DNA of 64,000 nucleotides from an uncultured Gammaproteobacteria bacterium (GTDB lineage Bacteria; Pseudomonadota; Gammaproteobacteria; CAVYTG01): NCBI GenBank assembly GCA_963771515.1, contig CAVYTG010000001.1, positions 105,820 to 169,819 of the forward strand, read 5' to 3'. Shown piece by piece: positions 61,449 to 64,000 of this stretch (position 1 is its first letter; each line of letters starts with the position of its first letter). The notes under the pieces were generated by a model. It saw only the letters and a program-made list of their open reading frames with translations, ran no database searches and was not told where the DNA came from. The position numbers and the translations under genes were made by a program.

Positions 61449-62255
61449 ATGAAAAATTCACAAATTAATCATATACAGGTTGAAAATGTCCAGTTTGGCT
61501 GGCATCAGGATGCGCTGGTTTTGGATACAGTGAACCTTTCAATACCCAGAGGTAAAATCACAGCCATTATGGGGCCTAGCGGTAGTGGAAAAACAACCTT
61601 ATTAAGCATTATGAGCTCTCAGGTTCAGCCTCAATCAGGGAAGGTTTGGATAGATGGGCAAGATATTTATACCTTATCCCGTAAAAAAATTTATGCTTTA
61701 CGTCAGCGGATAGGGATGCTATTTCAGGTCAGTGGTTTATTGACAGATATGACCGTATTTGACAATGTGGCCTTTCCGTTACGGGAACATTCACAATTGC
61801 CTTTAGATATCTTGGAGCCTTTGGTGTTAATGAAATTGGAGGCTGTAGGGTTGAGGGGTGCGAGAGACTTAATGCCGAATCAGTTGTCAGGGGGGATGGC
61901 AAGACGTGTTGCTTTAGCCAGGGCTTTAGTATTGGATCCTGAGCTGATTTTTTATGATGAGCCTTTTACAGGGCTTGATCCCATTACGAAAGGTATTGTA
62001 TTGAAATTGATGAAGGAGTTGAGTCAGATGCTAGGATTAACCTCTGTCTTGGTTTCCCATGATGTAGCAGAAACTTCTGCGATTGCAGATTATGTTTATT
62101 TATTAGGCCGAGGGCAGATCATTGCTCAGGGCACCCCTGAAGTCTTGTTGCAAAGCCAGCAGCCTGAAGTAAAGCAGTTTATGCATGGTTTGCCAGAAGG
62201 TCCAGTTCCTTTTCATTATCCTGGTAAGGTATATGAAGAGGAGTTGCTGGGATGA
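61449..62255 (+). CDS. mlaF: Phospholipid ABC transporter ATP-binding protein
   Basis: GPSGSGKTT, LSGGMARRVALARAL, IFYDEPFTGLDP. 268 aa. 4-nt overlap with mlaE. Confidence 0.85.
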   Translation: MKNSQINHIQVENVQFGWHQDALVLDTVNLSIPRGKITAIMGPSGSGKTTLLSIMSSQVQPQSGKVWIDGQDIYTLSRKKIYALRQRIGMLFQVSGLLTDMTVFDNVAFPLREHSQLPLDILEPLVLMKLEAVGLRGARDLMPNQLSGGMARRVALARALVLDPELIFYDEPFTGLDPITKGIVLKLMKELSQMLGLTSVLVSHDVAETSAIADYVYLLGRGQIIAQGTPEVLLQSQQPEVKQFMHGLPEGPVPFHYPGKVYEEELLG

Positions 62256-63034
62256 TGGCTTTTATTGCGCGTTTAGGTCGTTTTGGTATTGCTGTTTGCT
62301 CTCGTTTAGGGGAGTCTGGTGTGTTTTTATGCCAGGTTTTATTGCGTTACCCTGAACGTTGGAGCAGCATTCGTCTTTGGACGCGTGAGATGTATATGGT
62401 GGGTGTGCTCTCATTGTTGGTAATGATTGTCTCTGGTGCTTTTATTGGCATGGTGTTGAGCTTGCAAGGTCACCATATTTTGGTCAAGTTTTCAGCAGAG
62501 CAGCAGTTGGGGCAACTGATTGCCTTGAGTGTAATTCGGGAACTTGGACCGGTTGTTACCGCTTTATTATTTGCAGGAAGGGCTGGTTCTGCTCTCAGTG
62601 CAGAGTTAGGGTTGATGCGTGCAACGAAGCAAATTGAAAGCATGCAAATGATGGCAGTAGATCCCTTGGCACAAGTCGTTGCACCTCGTTTGTTGGCAGG
62701 ATTGATCAGTTTGCCTTTGTTGACAGTCATTTTTAATGTGGTGGCTATTTATAGTGGTGGTTGGGTTAGTGTGCATTGGTTAGGTGTAGATGGCGGAGCA
62801 TTTTGGTTGAATATGCAAAGTGCAGTGAGCTTTTATCAGGATATTGTAAACTGTCTTATTAAGAGTGTGGTTTTTGGCTTTGTGGTGACCTGGATTTCAG
62901 TTTATCAAGGATTTTATAGTAAGCCGACAGCCGCTGGAATCAGTATTGCGACAACCCATACAGTGGTTTATGCTTCTTTGGCGGTGTTAGGGCTTGATTT
63001 TTTATTGACCGCAATCATGTTAAAAGGGTGGTAA
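62252..63034 (+). CDS. mlaE: Phospholipid ABC transporter permease
   Basis: 260 aa, multi-TM. Position and size match MlaE. Confidence 0.85.
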   Translation: MMAFIARLGRFGIAVCSRLGESGVFLCQVLLRYPERWSSIRLWTREMYMVGVLSLLVMIVSGAFIGMVLSLQGHHILVKFSAEQQLGQLIALSVIRELGPVVTALLFAGRAGSALSAELGLMRATKQIESMQMMAVDPLAQVVAPRLLAGLISLPLLTVIFNVVAIYSGGWVSVHWLGVDGGAFWLNMQSAVSFYQDIVNCLIKSVVFGFVVTWISVYQGFYSKPTAAGISIATTHTVVYASLAVLGLDFLLTAIMLKGW

Positions 63035-63041
63035 ATGCTTT

Positions 63042-63500
63042 ATGAAGTATTTTGAATTTATGGTTGGCCTGTTTATGTTGCTGGGGATTGCTGCGTTGCT
63101 TGTGTTGGCATTGAATGTGAGTGGTTTGAGCCGCTATTCGCCCTCTAGCTACTACACTTTGACAGCAGAATTTGATAACATTGGGGACTTAAAAGTGCGA
63201 GCGCCTGTAAGAATTGCAGGGGTGCATGTAGGGGAGGTGAAAAAGATAGAGTTAGATAAAGACTCTTACCGAGCCAGAGCTTTTCTTGAAATTCAACAGT
63301 CAGAAAATACATTATCAACAGATACAGCTGCCAGCATTTATACGGCTGGACTATTGGGTTCTAATTATGTGAGCTTGACGCCTGGGTATGCGGATACTTA
63401 TTTGAAAGAGGGGGGTAAAATTGAAATAACCCATCCTGCGCTGGTACTAGAGAATTTAATTGGACAGCTATTGTTTAAGCCAAAATCAAAAGATGAGTAA
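63042..63500 (+). CDS. mlaD: MCE-domain periplasmic substrate-binding protein
   Basis: N-terminal TM anchor then MCE domain (YTLTAEFDNIGDLKVRAPVRIAGVHVGEV). 152 aa. Confidence 0.85.
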   Translation: MKYFEFMVGLFMLLGIAALLVLALNVSGLSRYSPSSYYTLTAEFDNIGDLKVRAPVRIAGVHVGEVKKIELDKDSYRARAFLEIQQSENTLSTDTAASIYTAGLLGSNYVSLTPGYADTYLKEGGKIEITHPALVLENLIGQLLFKPKSKDE

Positions 63501-63589
63501 CTGCTCATTCGTGATTGGGTGGCGAAGCATGACAACCCAAACAGGAGCTTGAAGCTGTGAGTCAAAGCCGGATAGCTTTAGAAAAGTTT

Positions 63590-63666
63590 GGCCTGGATTG
63601 CCGCGTCGCTTCGCTCCTCGCAATGACGGGCGTCGCTTCGCTCCTCGCAATGACGGGCGTCGCTTT
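63590..63666. repeat. Family-1 MITE right arm with internal 27-bp tandem duplication, inside an inverted-repeat flank
   Basis: ggcctggattgccgcgtcgcttcgctcctcgcaatgacggg + cgtcgcttcgctcctcgcaatgacggg. Flanks gagcttgaagctgtgagt (63546-63563) and actcacagcttcaagctc (63668-63685) are inverted repeats of each other. Confidence 0.6.
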
Positions 63667-63870
63667 TACTCACAGCTTCAAGCTCAAAAAATGGATGAGG
63701 ACACACCTTGGTTTTTAACATAGGTTGTAAAAAATAAAATTAATCTGGCTGAAACTTGAGAGACCAGCTACACTTTTTGAGGGGATAATCATCCCCTCTT
63801 CGTTTTTGATGAGCTTATAGAATATTAAGGATGTATTCTGGATGATGAATTTAAGGAAAGGAGCTTTCCA

Positions 63871-64000
63871 ATGAAATTTAAAAAATTAATTGCCTTACTG
63901 TGTTTAAGTTGGGTTTGGCTTTCAGTATTTGCAGTTGCTTCGGAAAGCCCTGCACCTTTGGTGATGTTACAACATACCTCTGATCAGTTGATTGCGGAGC
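63871..64000 (+). CDS. mlaC: MlaC-like periplasmic phospholipid-binding protein, N-terminal fragment; runs off the right window edge
   Basis: Signal peptide MKFKKLIALLCLSWVWLSVFAVAS followed by ESPAPLVMLQHTSDQLIAE. Position after mlaD. aggaaaggag RBS upstream. Confidence 0.6.
   Translation, partial: MKFKKLIALLCLSWVWLSVFAVASESPAPLVMLQHTSDQLIAE

Overview
The window looks like an AT-rich gammaproteobacterium of the Legionellales (Legionella/Coxiella-like) type, judged by gene content and order. It has a conserved housekeeping backbone that is heavily colonised by small non-coding repeats and broken up by several ORFs with eukaryotic-type domains.

Backbone genes I can support from the sequence: an SDR dehydrogenase, dps, a type IV pilin-like gene, two UbiH-family hydroxylases, ileS, a ygfA-like 5-formyl-THF cyclo-ligase with a candidate 6S RNA in front of it, zapA plus an upstream coiled-coil gene, pepP-ubiH, mrcA (PBP1A), hemA, hemF, tRNA-Arg(CCG), gyrB, the whole atpIBEFHAGDC operon, glmU, a fused ABC permease, waaC, rpoS, hpf, lptB, one LptC-like ORF, kdsC, kdsD and mlaFED(C).

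The main finding is a compact same-strand accessory cluster at 12225..27757 that is visibly more AT-rich than the backbone. It encodes, in order:
- a MATE-like membrane protein;
- a second polytopic membrane protein; both end in homologous Ser/acid-rich tails with a C-terminal CaaX-like box (CTIL, CEIL);
- a mitochondrial-carrier-family protein;
- an MFS transporter;
- a eukaryotic-type indoleamine-2,3-dioxygenase (IDO) homologue;
- a ferritin-like diiron oxygenase candidate;
- a 2354-aa bimodular NRPS with an unknown N-terminal region, then A-T-C-A-T (an N-methyltransferase embedded in the first A domain), no terminal release domain and a non-canonical condensation motif (HNxxxDG);
- a stand-alone SAM methyltransferase.

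Other candidate effector-like ORFs:
- a secreted Gly/Arg/Trp/His tandem-repeat Cys-rich small protein;
- an ankyrin–coiled-coil–WD40 protein;
- an F-box protein and a stranded cysteine-type LRR fragment;
- several acidic hypothetical proteins.

At least four families of MITE-like palindromic repeats, each with a TIR-only mini form, fill intergenic space. One sits inside the atp operon between atpG and atpD, and one contains the glmU stop codon. An IS982/IS3/MITE junkyard occupies the left edge, next to an acyltransferase gene that appears frameshifted.

I saw no CRISPR array, prophage or obvious toxin-antitoxin pair. All calls come from reading motifs by eye; no database search was possible.
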